Origin: the human T2T-CHM13v2.0 reference genome, Homo sapiens
Assembly (NCBI RefSeq): GCF_009914755.1
Contig: NC_060927.1
Length of the DNA stretch: 64,000 bases
Strand: one strand, 5' to 3'
Position numbers and translations under genes: made by a program. The notes under the pieces were generated by a model. It ran no database searches. It saw nothing but the letters and a program-made list of their open reading frames with translations, and was not told the origin of the DNA. Below are positions 26,649 to 40,608 of this stretch, piece by piece. How positions within the stretch are numbered: position 1 is the first letter of the stretch; each line of letters opens with the position of its first letter.

Positions 26649-27985
26649 ATTTTTAATTTATTATTTTAACTTTTATTTTAGGTTCAGGGGTAAATGAGAA
26701 GGTTTGTTATATAGGTAAACTTATGTCATGGGGGGTTGTGTACAGATTATTTCATCACCCAGGTATTAAGCCTAGTACCCGGTTATTTTTTCTGTCCCTC
26801 TCTTTTCTTCCACCCTCCACCCTCTAGCAGGCCCCAGTGTCTGTTGTTTCCCTCTTTGTGTCCATGAGTTCTCATCTTGTAGCTCTCACTTGTAAGTGAG
26901 AACATTCAATATTTGGTTTTCTGTTCCTGCATTAGTTTGCTAAGGATAATGGTCTCCAGCTCCATTCATATTCCCACAAAAGACATGATCTCATTCTTTT
27001 ATATCTCTGCATAGTATTCCATGGTGTACATGTACCACATTTTCTTTATCTAATCTGTCATTGAGCATTTAGGTTTGATTCCATGTCATTGCTATTGTGA
27101 ATAGTGCTACAATGAACATTCACGTGCATGTGTCTTTATGGTGGAATAATTTATATTCCTCTGGGTATATACCTAGTAATGGAATTGTTGGATTGAATGG
27201 TAGTTCTGTTTTTATCTCTTTGAGGAATTGCCACACTGCTTTCCACAATGGTTGAACTAATTTACACTCTAACCAACAATGTGTAAGGCTTCTCCTTTCT
27301 CCACAACCTCACCAGCAACTGTTTTTTTTTAAACTTTTTAATAATATCCATTCTGGTGTGAGACGATATTTCATTGTAGTTTTCATTTGCATTCCTCTAA
27401 TGATCAGTGATATTGAGCTTTTTTTCATATGCTTGTTAACAGCATGTATGTCTTCCTTTGAGAAGTGTCTGTTCATGTCCTTGCCCACTTTTTAGAGGAG
27501 TTGTTTTTTTTCTTGTGTGTTTGTTTAAGTTCCTTATAGATGCTGGGTATTAGACCAGTTTCAGATGCATAGTTTGCAATTATTTTCTCTGTAGGTTGTC
27601 TGCTTACTCTTTTGATAGTTTCTTTTGCTGTGCAGAACTTCTTTAGTTCAATTAGGTCTACTTGTCCATTTTTTTGTTGTTGTTGCAATTGCTTTTGGAG
27701 ATTTTGTCATGAAATCTTTGCCCTTTCCTATGTCCAGGATGGTATTGCCTAGGTTGTCTTCCAGGGTTTTTATAGTTTTAAATTTTACATTTAAGTCTTT
27801 AATTCATCTTGAATTAATTTTTGTATATGATGTTTTTCCATTTGTTTGTGTCATCTCTGATTTATTTGAACAGTGTTTTGTAATTCTCATCTTAGAGATC
27901 TTTCACATTCCTGTTTAGCTGTATTTCTAGGTATTGTATTCTTTTGGTGGCAATTGTGAATGGCATTGCATTCCTCATTTGGGTC
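26649..27985 (-). mobile_element. L1PA (about PA13-16) 3-prime fragment with internal deletion
   Basis: TTTTAGGTTCAGGGG...TACAGATTATTTCATCACCCAGGTATTAAGCCTAGTACCC; ORF2 remnant [18 protein letters not shown]; diverged TSD TCTGTAGCCACTCTTC / TCTGTAGCCTTTCTTC. Confidence 0.9.
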
Positions 27986-30900
27986 TCTGTAGCCTTTCTT
28001 CTTTCCTTTCTTCCTCTCCCTCTCCCTTTCTCCATCTCTCACTATTTTCTTCCACGTCTTTCCATTCTTCTTCTGTTCCTTCTTTCTCTGTGTCCTTTAT
28101 TTTGAGAGTCTACAGGGAAAAGTAATTCCCAGAGAAGCTGTACTTGTGGCTGTTACTAACATCCCAAAAATAATATTGAAGGGTCTTTCACATGAAAAGA
28201 GTCTCCATAAGCTATATCTGTTAAGCTAAAGAAATTTTAAAAAATCAGCAATGCGTTTTTCTACTGATCTCTGATTCTATTGACAAAGAGTTTTGGCTCC
28301 TCAGAGCTTCCTGCTCCAGAGCAAGGCGCAAGCCTGGCTCACCAGACTTGCAGGGTTTTTGCATCCTGATACCCTATCATTAATTCTCTTTTTCTCTCCT
28401 TCACTCTCCTTTCTTTTTCATGTGGCTGGCATTTGCTTTTCTCCATACTAGGAAAATAACTATGTAGGAACACAGAAAACTACTCTACAGAGATGCCAAG
28501 AGATAACCTAATGCTCCTTCATATGTTGTGGAGAAATATCTATCTCCTTTCACCTCTGCACCGAAACCTCTTCCCTTGTCTGGGTTGTCTAAATTCTCAG
28601 GACAAGTACCACAGGACAAAGCAGTCTCCTTATTAATAGAGACACCCATCTTTTTAAAGGATTCAGAAATTTGTGGCAACTATGGAGATCCTTTTGGTTT
28701 ATTACTGGGGATCACTTGTTTTAGTAACTTTTTGGTTTTGCTTGTAAGTATTTGCTTTCTTTCATTTCCCCATTCATCTCTTTTCTTTCCCTGAGGGTAG
28801 TCATTGCCTGAAACTTTGATGTCTTGGAATATATGGACATTTCACTTCTACTTCCTCAGAGGTAGGCTGATTTGCACATGCTTCTCTCTGTGTCTAAGTA
28901 TTTGAGAGGAATTGAGAAATGAGTCATGAGCCTGATTAGATTCAAAAGGAGGAGGTATAGATAACACCTCACTACTCGATGAGTGCCAAAATATTTTTGG
29001 ACATATTTTAAGACCGTCATTGGGACTTTAATCACAGTCCCAGAGGAGAGGAAGACCCAGACTGAAGGGGATTGCAGGGTGAGTAGAAGGTGAGAGGCAC
29101 CAATTAAACACAGATTAATTTTATAATTAAAGTTAATAAAAAAAACTTAAAAATTTGAATAAAAAGACACTGAGAATATAAACAGATTTCAGTCCCTCAA
29201 AATTGGCACAGCTGATTTGAGTCTGCATTTGGAAACCATAACTGCACATTCAGCCTTTGAGTCAAGTATCTCAAAATATCTTCCAAGTAGTAAGATATTT
29301 TGAGTAAGATTTGTTTTTTAAATTGAGTTTCCAACTCCTAGTGCAGTAAGTGGAAATGATTAGCACACCTATTTAACACATGGGGCACAAAGAGGGTAAA
29401 TAAATGTCTATGGCTTCTTAGTGAGGTTCTGACAGTGTCAAAAATAAAAGCAATACTTGTGATTAGTCTGTTTGGTCCTTCTATGTGAAGAGACATGCAC
29501 ATGAAAAGCAATCAAATCGTGCTTTCATAGAGTATTGTTCTAATTTCTTCAACAATTTTTGATTTTTTTTCTAACTTTAAGTTCTGTTTTACTTTAATAA
29601 TAACCTTCAAAATTTATATGTACAAAATATGCATTTCACATATATTTATATATCATTGAAACTATGTGTTGACATAGCTATAAATATTCAGCTAATACCA
29701 TATATTGAAAGAATAAGCAGAATTTTGCAACATAATAAATCCATCAATATCTTTTAGACTCAGCAATTATTTTTCTTTTTCATTATTTAGTTAAAGCTCC
29801 CAAACCTCCGTTAAATAAGCATTTTAAAAATGTATTTGTCATAAAATTTATCACAAATTGATTTTGGAGAACTAGAAGGTAGGTATCAAAGGTGAGCCTG
29901 AATTGCTTGCATTGTGCCTGGAAGGGTGCTGCTAGCTCACCAAGAGTTACAAAAAAAGAAAATTAGATTTAAAAAAATGTTTAAATGATATGCAAATGGC
30001 AAGTATCATTTAGCTGTAAAATATGTAAGCCCAAAACCTATCCTTATTGCTGTGAGCTTAAAGAGCAATGTCTTTCCCAAAAATTAGTTTTAAAGAGATT
30101 TCTCAGTGTCTTAGGGTGAAAACAATATTTGGAAGCAGTGAGGTAGATGAGATTAACTGAATTATTATTTAATATATATGATTTAAACTCAAATTTTGAA
30201 GCATGACTCACATCATTTTATTAACTAAGTGACTAAACCAGACTTAACACTTTGTTATGCCACTGAATAGTGGATGTTTTGGAACTTAAGAAGGGAGAAA
30301 GAATATCTGTGTCAGAGGTTGGAGTGTTCCTAGGGAAAGAATAACTCAGATTTCTACTCATTTTGCTCTTAGCAGATATGCTTTAAGATTCTCTTTAAGC
30401 AAGGTAAATAGAGGAAACTGAGTTAGCTATTTTAAAGAAGTTTAAAAAGGCCAGAAGGAAATCAGTTTTCACAGGTAAAATAGCAAACCGTGGTTTCCAC
30501 TGTTAATATTCACTCCTTATCTTATTTTCCCCCTGTATTTCTTGATTAGGAGAAAAGCTATTTAAAATGCTGAAGAACTTTATAAACTCACTTCTACCAG
30601 TTACACAAGATCGTGGTTAAGGTGACACACAGCACCGACAAGAATGGCTAATTATGTCAAATTATAGCTTTTAAAATGCCAAATGAGACCTCATTTCAGA
30701 TTAGGTCCTGTTCAGACCTCAGCTGGATTTCTAGTAGAAAACCTACCGTTTAAATTAGGTTGGAAATTTTAACTAGGGAAGGAAGAAACAGATTTCTGCA
30801 AAAGGACATGAATTAATGTCAGATATATGGTATAATCTCTTACATGGTCCATCTCCAACTGTAACCATTTATAGACTCTAAGAAATAACTGCAGAATCAT

Positions 30901-30994
30901 TATGTAAAAAGGGTTGTTTTTATTCCTGTACCCAGGGGTTCAGTTTTCCTCAAAACTTTATCTAACACTAAGTTTAGTATCTTATAGATACATA

Positions 30995-31494
30995 CTGTTT
31001 CAAGTTAGTTATTGCTATGAAACAGAACACTTCAAGACCTAGTGCCTTAAAACAAGATTTATTTATTATTTCTCAAAATCTATGGTACAACTGGGCAGTT
31101 CTGTTATCTAGGCTGGGCTTGGCCGATATCAACAGGCCTCAGTCCCGTGACTGCAGTGATCAGCTGGGGGCTGGCCAGTCTAGGAGGGCCTCAGCTGGGG
31201 TACTTGGCTCTGTTGGGTCCATCTAGTGGTAAACCCAAGTTTTTCTGATGCTTGTGGCAAGATTCCCAGAGAGATTGTGAATCTGTGCAAGGTCTCTTGA
31301 AGCCTGGGCCTGGAGATGGCATCTGGTGATTTCTGCTGCTTCTATTAGCCAACGCATGTCACAAGGCTAGCCAAATTTAAGGGGGGCAGAAAGAGAATCC
31401 ACATCTTGATAGGAAGAGATGCAAAATCACATTTCAAGGAATGTATAGACAGGGAGAGGTGGAGAATTGGGGTCATTTTCCCCCTAATCTTCCA
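30995..31494 (-). mobile_element. MaLR LTR (MLT1H-like)
   Basis: TAGTGCCTTAAAACAA, GGGCAGTTCTG, GGCCTCAGCTGGG, TGCAAGGTCTCTTGAAGCCTGGGC, GTCACAAGGCTAGCC. Confidence 0.7.
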
Positions 31495-32714
31495 AAATAT
31501 TCTCTTTTAAAAAATCAAATTGCCCACTATCATGTAAAGCCTTTGCATGCATTCTTTATTTTTTTTTCCCAGCAAGACATGCACCTATTCTTTCCACAAT
31601 TTCTTCCACAATGTGTATTTTTTTCACAAATACCTTCAAATACTTGCTCTTATTCCTAAAAAAAAAAAAGTGATTATCAGCCTGAGCCCTCCACTTTTTA
31701 TTGCCATCATTTTCAAGTTGCACAAACACTCTCTTGAATACGATGAACATTCATTTGACATTCCTAAGCAGGCTTACATTAATTTTAGTTCCCCACTGAA
31801 TTTCAAACAGGAGCCTCCACATTGACATTAAAAATATTAACATCTGCAGTGGCACTGCAATCTGCTGAGGCGTGGATTGTTGCTCTGACTCGCCACATCT
31901 TTCCACTTGTTCTTTTTTTAGAAAGAGCAAAGCAGAGGGATTTGGCAGGGCAATTCAAACTGCCACTCAGAGCAGCTCTAGAGAAGGAAGGCTAGCCTGG
32001 ACCCTATTGCGTTCTAGTTGGCAGCAAATCCTTCATTCAAGGTCTTTCTGTGGAAAGGCAATGCTGGCTTGTCCCCTCACCCACACTGACGTCTGTCCTG
32101 TGTGTCAGAGATAACCTTCCAGCCATGAAATGGCAGCTACTATTAATTTTACGAAGGCTTCTAAAACAGCTTTTCTTTAATCTGTTCTTTTGCCCCAAGT
32201 GAGATTTTTTCCCTCTTTGTTGTTTACAATAATGCAGTCAGTGAAAAGAAGCCAAGCTTCTGATTTAGGTGTGGTGGGATAAATTTGTTCAAAATATGTT
32301 TAAAAAATTGAGTCTTTTGTGCCCTTTGTGGACAAGGCAAACTATAATAGGGAGAACTTCCTTCTGAAGCTCTTTTCCACCCCTTTCAGCCTTGCTTATT
32401 TTTATCATGTCTCATCACCATTATTACCCATTATATTTATATCTGTGTTTAGCAGGCAGATTTGCTTGGTGTCTATAAAGGTGTAATGAGCAATTTGGGT
32501 TAATGATTTTCTGCAGCTGCTCAAAACAGTTGGTACTAACGTCATCGTTTATGCCTTCCAAAAGAAATTCAAGCAAGGCATCAGATGTGCACCAAATTGG
32601 CTTTGCCTGTTGAATGGAGGAAGTAGAAGCATAGACAGTGGTGGGATGTGTGTGAAATAACAATTCATGCATCTTTCATTTCCTAGTTGGATGAATGCTA
32701 GCAGGGAGCCTCTC

Positions 32715-32925
32715 TCATAAAAGAATCTTTGGCCTTGGGAGAAAAATCTGGGTTCAATATTTCTACTCAGCAGCCTATGAGCTATGTGACCTTGAGCAAT
32801 TAGTTTAACTTTCCTGAGACTCAGTTCCCTTCTCAGTGAAACTGGGAATATGGAATATCTCCTAGAATGGTTTCAGCATTAATTGACGGAAGTGTGTAAA
32901 GCATAGTGTACAGCAGCACATAGGG
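32715..32925 (+). mobile_element. MIR SINE
   Basis: AGCTATGTGACCTTGAGCAA...CTGAGACTCAGTTCCCT. Confidence 0.7.
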
Positions 32926-33879
32926 GTTGTTACTGGGATAAATTTTTAGAGGTGTTTTCGTTAGTTTATGTGCCCAAATGCAAATCAGGAAATCTCTCCA
33001 CATATATTGACAGCAAGTTATCTTTTAAAAGATCTCTCTTACTGATGTTAGTTCACACTTTGAGTTTTCCCCCTTCTCAATTCCTGGTCCCTCCCAGGAT
33101 AAATGCAGCATAACTTAATGACTATTTTACATTGTGTGGGTTATCTTCATATATTAGGAATCCAATACTTGACAGAAAAGTAATTTAAATTTGGCAGCCT
33201 GCAGACACACATAGAAACAATTCTGGATAAAATCTTGAAAGAGATGTTGATGCTGAATATCCTCCCAGCCTTGACCACCTCTCTCCAATCTACTCATGAT
33301 GAGTGTGAATTCTTCAATACCCTCTTATTCAATACCTGTTCCCGTCTTTATGATAATCTGTATTCTGAACTCCACTTGATTTCCTCGTGTCGTAACTTGA
33401 TCTGTGCACTTCCCAATGGTAGAAACTATGCCTACCCATCTCTAATTGACATCTGTAATCCAGAGCCAAGCATATATTGGACCCATAATCACTACTTCTT
33501 AAATGGGTAGACATGACTGTGAGCAGATTGCCAATCTGCCCAGCTAATTGGAGCTAAAGGGTTAATTAGTGTAAATGATTTCATGGATTGTGTATCCCAG
33601 TCTTCAGATTTGCCTTCTGGCTGTCACCTTACAATGTCATAATCTGTGGAAGTGGCAGATGGTAGGAAAGCTTTGTAACCCTGGGGTGGGCCTTGTGGGT
33701 GGGTGAGGTGGGCAGTTATTTCTGGACATGTAACCTTGATAGGCTGTTCTCAGTTTTGTGAAAGCTGAAGGCACACACGCGTACTTCTTAGATTGAAGAA
33801 ATAGAAATTATTGTCCCCTACTATCACCCAAAATGCTTAGAACATTTTAATTCCACAGTTTCATAAATGCTATGAAAAC

Positions 33880-34125
33880 TAATGACAAATATTTACTGAG
33901 TCCCATCTTGGCAGACAGTGGTGAAAGGGCACAGCATATGCAATTTTATTTAATCCTAATAAACAATCCTTTATGCAGGTTCAATTTTTAATTTCTCCTT
34001 TGTGTGTGGGGAAAACAAGATACAAAGAGATTAATAAATTGCATACAAAGTTACAGTAAGTAAATGGAAGAGCCAGGAATCAAATCCAAATATTTTGGTT
34101 CCAGGTTACATGTTGTTAACTATCA
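33880..34125 (-). mobile_element. MIR SINE
   Basis: ATATTTACTGAG...TTTAATCCTAATAAACAATCCT...GTAAGTAAATGGAAGAGCCAGGAATCAAATCCA. Confidence 0.7.
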
Positions 34126-34879
34126 CACTCTAATGGATAAGAGCACAGAAAAATCTGCATATTTTCAGATAACGTTAAGCTAAACATTTCCTGGAAACTT
34201 GGAGGGGACAACAGTGTGATTAATAAGTTGTTGTAGGTCTTTATGGCAACAGTGGGAAATATAGTTACACCATAAGAATTGAGAATGCACACATATACTT
34301 TCATGTAGAAAAAACCTGGAATTACTAAGGGCAGTTCCCAGAGACAGTGTCTCTGGCTTCTGTAGGGCAAGAATGTCAGGATATACATACAAATATGTTT
34401 GGGGTATAGTGTAAGTATTTTCAATAGGCAATTGGGAGAAGAGTTTTCACCATGAGACAAACTGGCGACATCCTCATGAAAGTAGAGAGCTTGACAAGGA
34501 TACATACCTAAATAAAACGCCCACCCTAGACCCTAAGGATGTGGGTGAGAGAGTTCTCTCAGTTAGGATAAAGATTCCCCTGAAGAAGTAATTCTTGGTC
34601 CAATGTGGCTCCCACATAAATGATTAACAGGGCCCTCGATTTTCTTGCCAGCGGGTATTACTACAAAGACTTTAACACGGAAGACAATTTCAGTTATTAC
34701 GACTGCTATCAAATCTCTCACAATTTCTGTGGGTCAGTAATTCAGGAGTGGCTCAGCTGTGCAGTTCTAGTGTAAAGTTTGTAATGAGGTTACAATCAGA
34801 CTATGGTCAGGACTGAGGTCATTTCACTTATTCCCTCTGGTGTCTCGTGTTGGGATTGGAAAGACAAACAGCTGGAGGC

Positions 34880-35867
34880 TAGATGGTGGAGTGGTAATGA
34901 GATGGAGCAGGGACTCCTTAGCAGAGACCCCTGCTGGCACCCTCCCCCCCAACACACACCCCACCCAAAGCATAGAAATAAAAGAAAATCTTGAATTCCT
35001 TCAAGGGAAATTTCAGGCCCTTAGCTAGTCCTCAGAGGTAAATGAGTAACTTGATAAGCAAGAACGTAATAGTAGCTTAAAACAATAGTCAAGGATGTTA
35101 GAGTCATGAGATGTTTGGTTCCTGATAGAAACTAAAGATAATATGTTAACATATGTCCCTGAGTTGCTTTTCAGAAACCCAGACCCCCACCAAATGAATC
35201 CACTGGCATGTAGACTTCACATAAGGGGGACTTGAGTACTGAACTCTAACTGTTGCTCTTTGTTCTAATTTTTTTCCTGAAGGGCATGGAGGAAGTCACG
35301 TCCCTGGGCCAGACCCAATGTTCTTTTCTGCTGACCTCAAACCTTTAGAAAGCTTCCCTTCCTTAACCAATGGCAAATCAGAAAATCTTGAATCTCCCTG
35401 TGACCTGTAAGCTCTCGCTTCAAGATATCTTGCCTTTTTAAAGTCCAAACCAATGTGTAACCTCCATGTGTTGATTTACAATTTTGCCTGAGACTTCTGC
35501 TTTCCTGAAATTTACCTCTGCCTTTAAAAACTCTTGCTTGCAAGCCATCAGGGAGATGAAGTCTTAAGTGAGAGCTGCCTGATGCCCCTTGCTTGGTGTC
35601 CTGTAAATAAAGTCCTCCATTCTTCTACTGCAAAACCTCCATGTGGATGTTTGGCCTTACTGCACAGGGTGAGTAGATCCCAGTTCAATTTGGTGACAGT
35701 AAGTCCAATTTGAACCAACTCACAAGGTCTAATTATTAAACATTCAGGAATTTTGTGAGATGAGCTTTCAATTGTTGAAGCTTGAAATTGACCATGCACA
35801 TAAGCAAATGCTACAAATGAAGGCTTCTTTTTTCCCTCAGAAAGCTGTTTTATCTACTCATCACTAG
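34880..35867. mobile_element. MER63-like hAT MITE split by the MER39-like LTR
   Basis: TTCAGGAATTTTGTGAG...AGCTTGAAATTGACCATG...GCAAATGCTACAAATGAAGGC...CATCACTAG; left TIR remnant ATGGTGGAGTGG just before the LTR. Confidence 0.6.
34898..35698 (+). mobile_element. ERV1 solo LTR (MER39-like), complete
   Basis: TGAGATGGAGCAGGGAC...TTTGGTGACA; perfect 4-bp TSD GTAA; CCAAT boxes, TTTAAAA and AATAAA in promoter-to-polyA order. Confidence 0.88.
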
Positions 35868-36449
35868 GACTAGAATATTAGATGTTCCTTGGGCATCTCT
35901 ATCTTTATGTGGTTTCTCCATGTAATATCTCCAGGATGGTGGGTTCAGTGTAGCTGGACTTCTTTTACACACCCTCCAGATTCAAGAAGAGAGAATACGG
36001 ACTCCGCCTCTCAATGGGGGAGTGTTGATGTCACATTGTAAGGATTAGCATGTGAATAGGAATGCTTGTTGAAGCTACCTTGGCAAAGACAACCCTCACA
36101 AAGACTTTTTCCATTTTTCTCTTTTTTTACTGTTTTATGGTTATACAATTAATGCTTATTGTAATAAATTATATAAGAAGTTAAAAATCACCTGCCTTCA
36201 CCATGAAATAAGTAGCATTATTGTTTTGATAACAATCCATTTGCAAATCTCTTTGTGAATACATATATACATAATTTTGAAGGAATGAGGTTAAGTCATA
36301 AACATTGTTTTAATGTTTAGTGTCATAGGAACTATTCTACAGTTTTCTCTTTGGTTTCTTCTTCTTCTTTTTTCCTCCCTCCCTTATTTGTGCCTTGCTT
36401 ATCACACTTACAATATGCCAAAAAAATCTCTAAATCAAATGATAAAGGC

Positions 36450-36914
36450 TCTGTTAGTTTCCCAATGCTGCTACAACAAATTAAGCTTAAAGCAACAAAA
36501 ATGTATTCTTGCACAGTTGTAGAGGCCAGAAATCTGAAATCAACATCACTGAGCTGAAATCAAGGTGTAGTTAGAGCTGTGCTCCCTCTGGAGGCTCTAG
36601 GGGAGAAAGAATCTGTTGCTTGCTCCTTCCAGCTTCTTGTGTATACTTGCATTCCTTGGCTTGTGGCTGCATTACTCCAATCTCTGCCTTCATAGTCACA
36701 TTGCCTCTTCTGTTTTTATCAAATCTCCCTCTGCCTCTCTCTTGTAAGAAAACATGTGATTGCATGTAGGGCCTACCAGGATAATCCAGTATGATCTCCT
36801 CATCTTGAGATCCTTATCTTAATCACGTATGCAAAGTTTTCCCATAAAAAGTTTTATATATAGGTTTTAGGTATTAGGACCTGATATCAAGTGGCCATTA
36901 TCCATTCCACTACA
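36450..36914 (-). mobile_element. MaLR solo LTR (MLT1C-like)
   Basis: GCTCCCTCTGGAGGCTCTAGGGGAG, CATTCCTTGGCTTGTGGCTGCAT, CAGGATAATCCAG; perfect 5-bp TSD AAGGC (36445-36449 / 36915-36919). Confidence 0.88.
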
Positions 36915-37019
36915 AAGGCCTAACTTACTCTTTTTAATTATTTCTTAATATTATACAATATAGAAGTTACAATTAATTCAACAATGTCCCAAATAATGGC
37001 CATTTATTTTTATTGCCTA

Positions 37020-37505
37020 AAACATTTTTAAAACTTTATAAGTTATAAGAACAATAAAAAATTATCCTTAACTTTGCTTCCATTGCCTTTCCAAAGTACA
37101 ACTAATTGTATATCCATTCATAATTTCCATGTATATACAGGTGAATATGTGTATATATATGTATGCATATCACTTTTATACAAAGAGGAAAAGTCATACA
37201 TGTATTTTTGTTAGTTTTTAAATGTATTTATTTTACTAATCTTGGAAATTTTTTCCTATCTGCATATATAAATCATATAGATCCACCATAATCACCATAA
37301 CCAGTTTCCTATTAATGAGTATTTAGGTTGTTTCACTATTTTTCAATTATAAACATTGCTGCAATAAATACTTAAATATGTGTATCTTTACACTCTGTAT
37401 CCTTAAAATAAATTTTTAGCAGTGGAAATGTTAGACTAAGTGATATCTATCAACATTTTAATGTTGATAGATATTACTAATTTTCCTTTCAAAAAGTTAC
37501 ACTAA
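37020..37505 (-). mobile_element. L1ME-like fragment
   Basis: ACCAGTTTCCTATTAATGAGTATTTAGGTTGTTTC...AAACATTGCTGCAATAAATA. Confidence 0.55.
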
Positions 37506-37619
37506 TAAGGAAAATGTTAAAGCTATTTTTAATAGTCATATAGCTTTAGCGCGAGTAAAATGTGATTCTGCCCATAGCTGTTGTAGATGCTTCAGAGTAG
37601 ACATTAAAGAGACACTCAA

Positions 37620-38163
<544 letters not shown>

Positions 38164-38164
38164 T

Positions 38165-39134
38165 TAGATTTAAGTTTCTTAGGACAAGTGAAGCCAGCTG
38201 CTGCAACAAACATTCCCTAATATTAGTGGCTTAACCAAATAACAGCTTACTTATTTCTCTTATTGTCAAGGTGTAGGAGGGAAGGTTTGCTCTATCCAGT
38301 CCTTCAGGGATCCAGCATTCTTTCATGCTGGGGCTCCACCATCTCTAACCTGTAGTATCAAGGTTGCTCTGGTGTCATTTTGTTGTCTAGTCAGCAGATG
38401 GGTCAAGGAAGAGGGAACATGATAAAGCCCATTCACCTTTAGCTGCCTTATTAATTTTTCCTGCATAATGAGTTATGCCAGAGTTTATCAGGATGAAACA
38501 ACACACGTTTATAATCTCACGTTTCTATAGGTCAAGAATCTGGGCATGACTTGAATGGGTCCTTTGTTTCATAGTCTGTCTTAAGGCTGCAATTAGGTTG
38601 TCATCCAGAGCTGAAGTCTCATCTGAAGGCCCAAATGAGAAAGCATCTTTATTCAAGCACACTTGCACTTACATGGCTGTTGGTAGAATTAAGTTCCTTT
38701 AAGGCTGTTGGACTGAGGGTATTAGTTACTTGCATATGAGGCTCTTCCAACATGGCAGCTCACTTCAACAAACTTGGTGAGAGAGAGCATCTGCTAGCAA
38801 GAGGGACATGATGCTCTTATATAATGTAATCATGGAAGTGACTTTGATGTATTTAATTGGGTAGAAGAAAGTCACTAGACAAGCTCATATTTAAAGAGAA
38901 GAGATTAATATAAGGGAATCAAAATTGGGAGAAAGGCATTCCAGGAGACAACTTTAGAGTTGGCCTGCTACTACTACACTGGTCCCAAAGTGATGTATTA
39001 CTTCTAATACATTTTATTGGCACAAAATTGTCACACTGGCCTTACCTAGAGGTAGAGGACTAGGAAATATAGCTTAACCCTGTGCTCAGGGAGAAGAAAA
39101 ACATTTGATAAGCATCTACCCAACCTCTGCCACA
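38165..39134 (-). mobile_element. Old MLT1 LTR (J/K-like) split by a second MLT1 LTR
   Basis: GCTGCTGCAACAAAC...TAGTGGCTTAA...TCAGGGATCCAG first half; GGAAATATAG...CTGTGCTCAGG...CTCTGCCACA second half. Confidence 0.55.
38448..38978 (-). mobile_element. MLT1E/F-like LTR nested in an older MLT1
   Basis: GGTCAAGAATCTGGGCATG, AAGGCTGCAAT, TCTCATCTGAAGGC, TGTTGGTAGAATT, GGCTGTTGGACTGAGGG, CAACATGGCAGCT. Confidence 0.7.
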
Positions 39135-39232
39135 ACATTCTTAGTGTTCAAAGCTTCTGTGTTACTAGGTTCATAATGAGTCATTAAAGAAAATGGGAGG
39201 TCTGAGACCTGAACTAACTTTTCAGGCCGTGA

Positions 39233-39562
<330 letters not shown>

Positions 39563-40189
39563 AGTAGTATTTCCTTAAAATCCAAACAAACAATTAATTT
39601 AGCTATATTATAAGCTAAATTTATTTATTTCCTAAATAACTCTACATTCTGAAAAATCTCTAATTGGCATAGTAATAAACTATATTTTCATAGATATGCT
39701 GCATATATATAGAAAATCATGAATCTGACATGAATTTGAAAAGGACATTTTTTTTTCCACAGGTAGGTTTTTAAAAATGCCTTTGATGTTACTCATAAGT
39801 AATTTCTTCTTGCCTAAAGGAAGTCTTCATTCCAGTAAAAATAAAAGGGGATATTATCTTCTTACTATGCTAGCTACTTAGGTACATTTCTCTTTAAAAA
39901 GTATAGGGGAAAGGCTTAATCCTCATTTTACAAACAATTACACATTGACTGCTCATCAAAAATTTTGTTTTCTAATTATTGATCTGCCATTATACATCTA
40001 TGTGAGATTTAGTAAGTCATTTAACTTTCTTGTTTAACTGAGATACTTAGTTCTTGATAATCTATATGTTCCTTCCAGTTTTTTAATTCTGAGTTAATGA
40101 GTGAAATCAGAAAATCTAATAACTTCAATTAATGGACATATTTACAATTTTCAACATAATGTTTTTTGAACAACTATCGAGACGAAATT

Positions 40190-40608
40190 TGTCTTTTTCT
40201 CATCTATTGCTATGTAGAAAACTTTTAGTGGCCTAAAATAACAACCATTTAATTAGGCTTACAGATTCTGCAACTATCTCAGATAGGGCCCTATAGGAGT
40301 AGCATTTTCTATTACACAATGTTCAGGAACTCTCTGTGTGGCTTGGGCTTCTCAGAGCATGGCCACTGGTTCTCAGGAAGGAGCATCAGTGAGAGTGGCC
40401 AGAAAGCAAGGATTCTAAGATAAAAAGGTAGAAACATTGTGGCTTTGAAACATTTATCCTTGGAAGACACATGATGGCATCACTTTTATAATACTCAATT
40501 GGTTGAAACAGAAACAATCCCACCCAGATTCAAGTGGAGGGAACATAACCCATTTTTAATAGGAGGAAAAGTGTTAAATAATTTGGTGCTATGTTTTAGA
40601 AGTGCAAC
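40190..40608 (-). mobile_element. Old MaLR LTR (MLT1 family)
   Basis: CATCTATTGCTATGTA...TAGTGGCCTAAAATAACAACCATTT...GGCTTGGGCTTCTCAGAGCATGG...CCCAGATTCAAG. Confidence 0.6.

Larger units (their letters stand above)
34686..36100 (-). mobile_element. MLT1-type MaLR LTR split by nested insertions
   Basis: TCTCACAATTTCTGTGGGTCAGTAATTCAGGAGTGGCTCAGCTG upstream; CCAGATTCAAG...ACTCCGCCTCTCAATGGG...CACA downstream; 5-bp TSD AAGAC (34681-34685 / 36101-36105). Confidence 0.65.
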
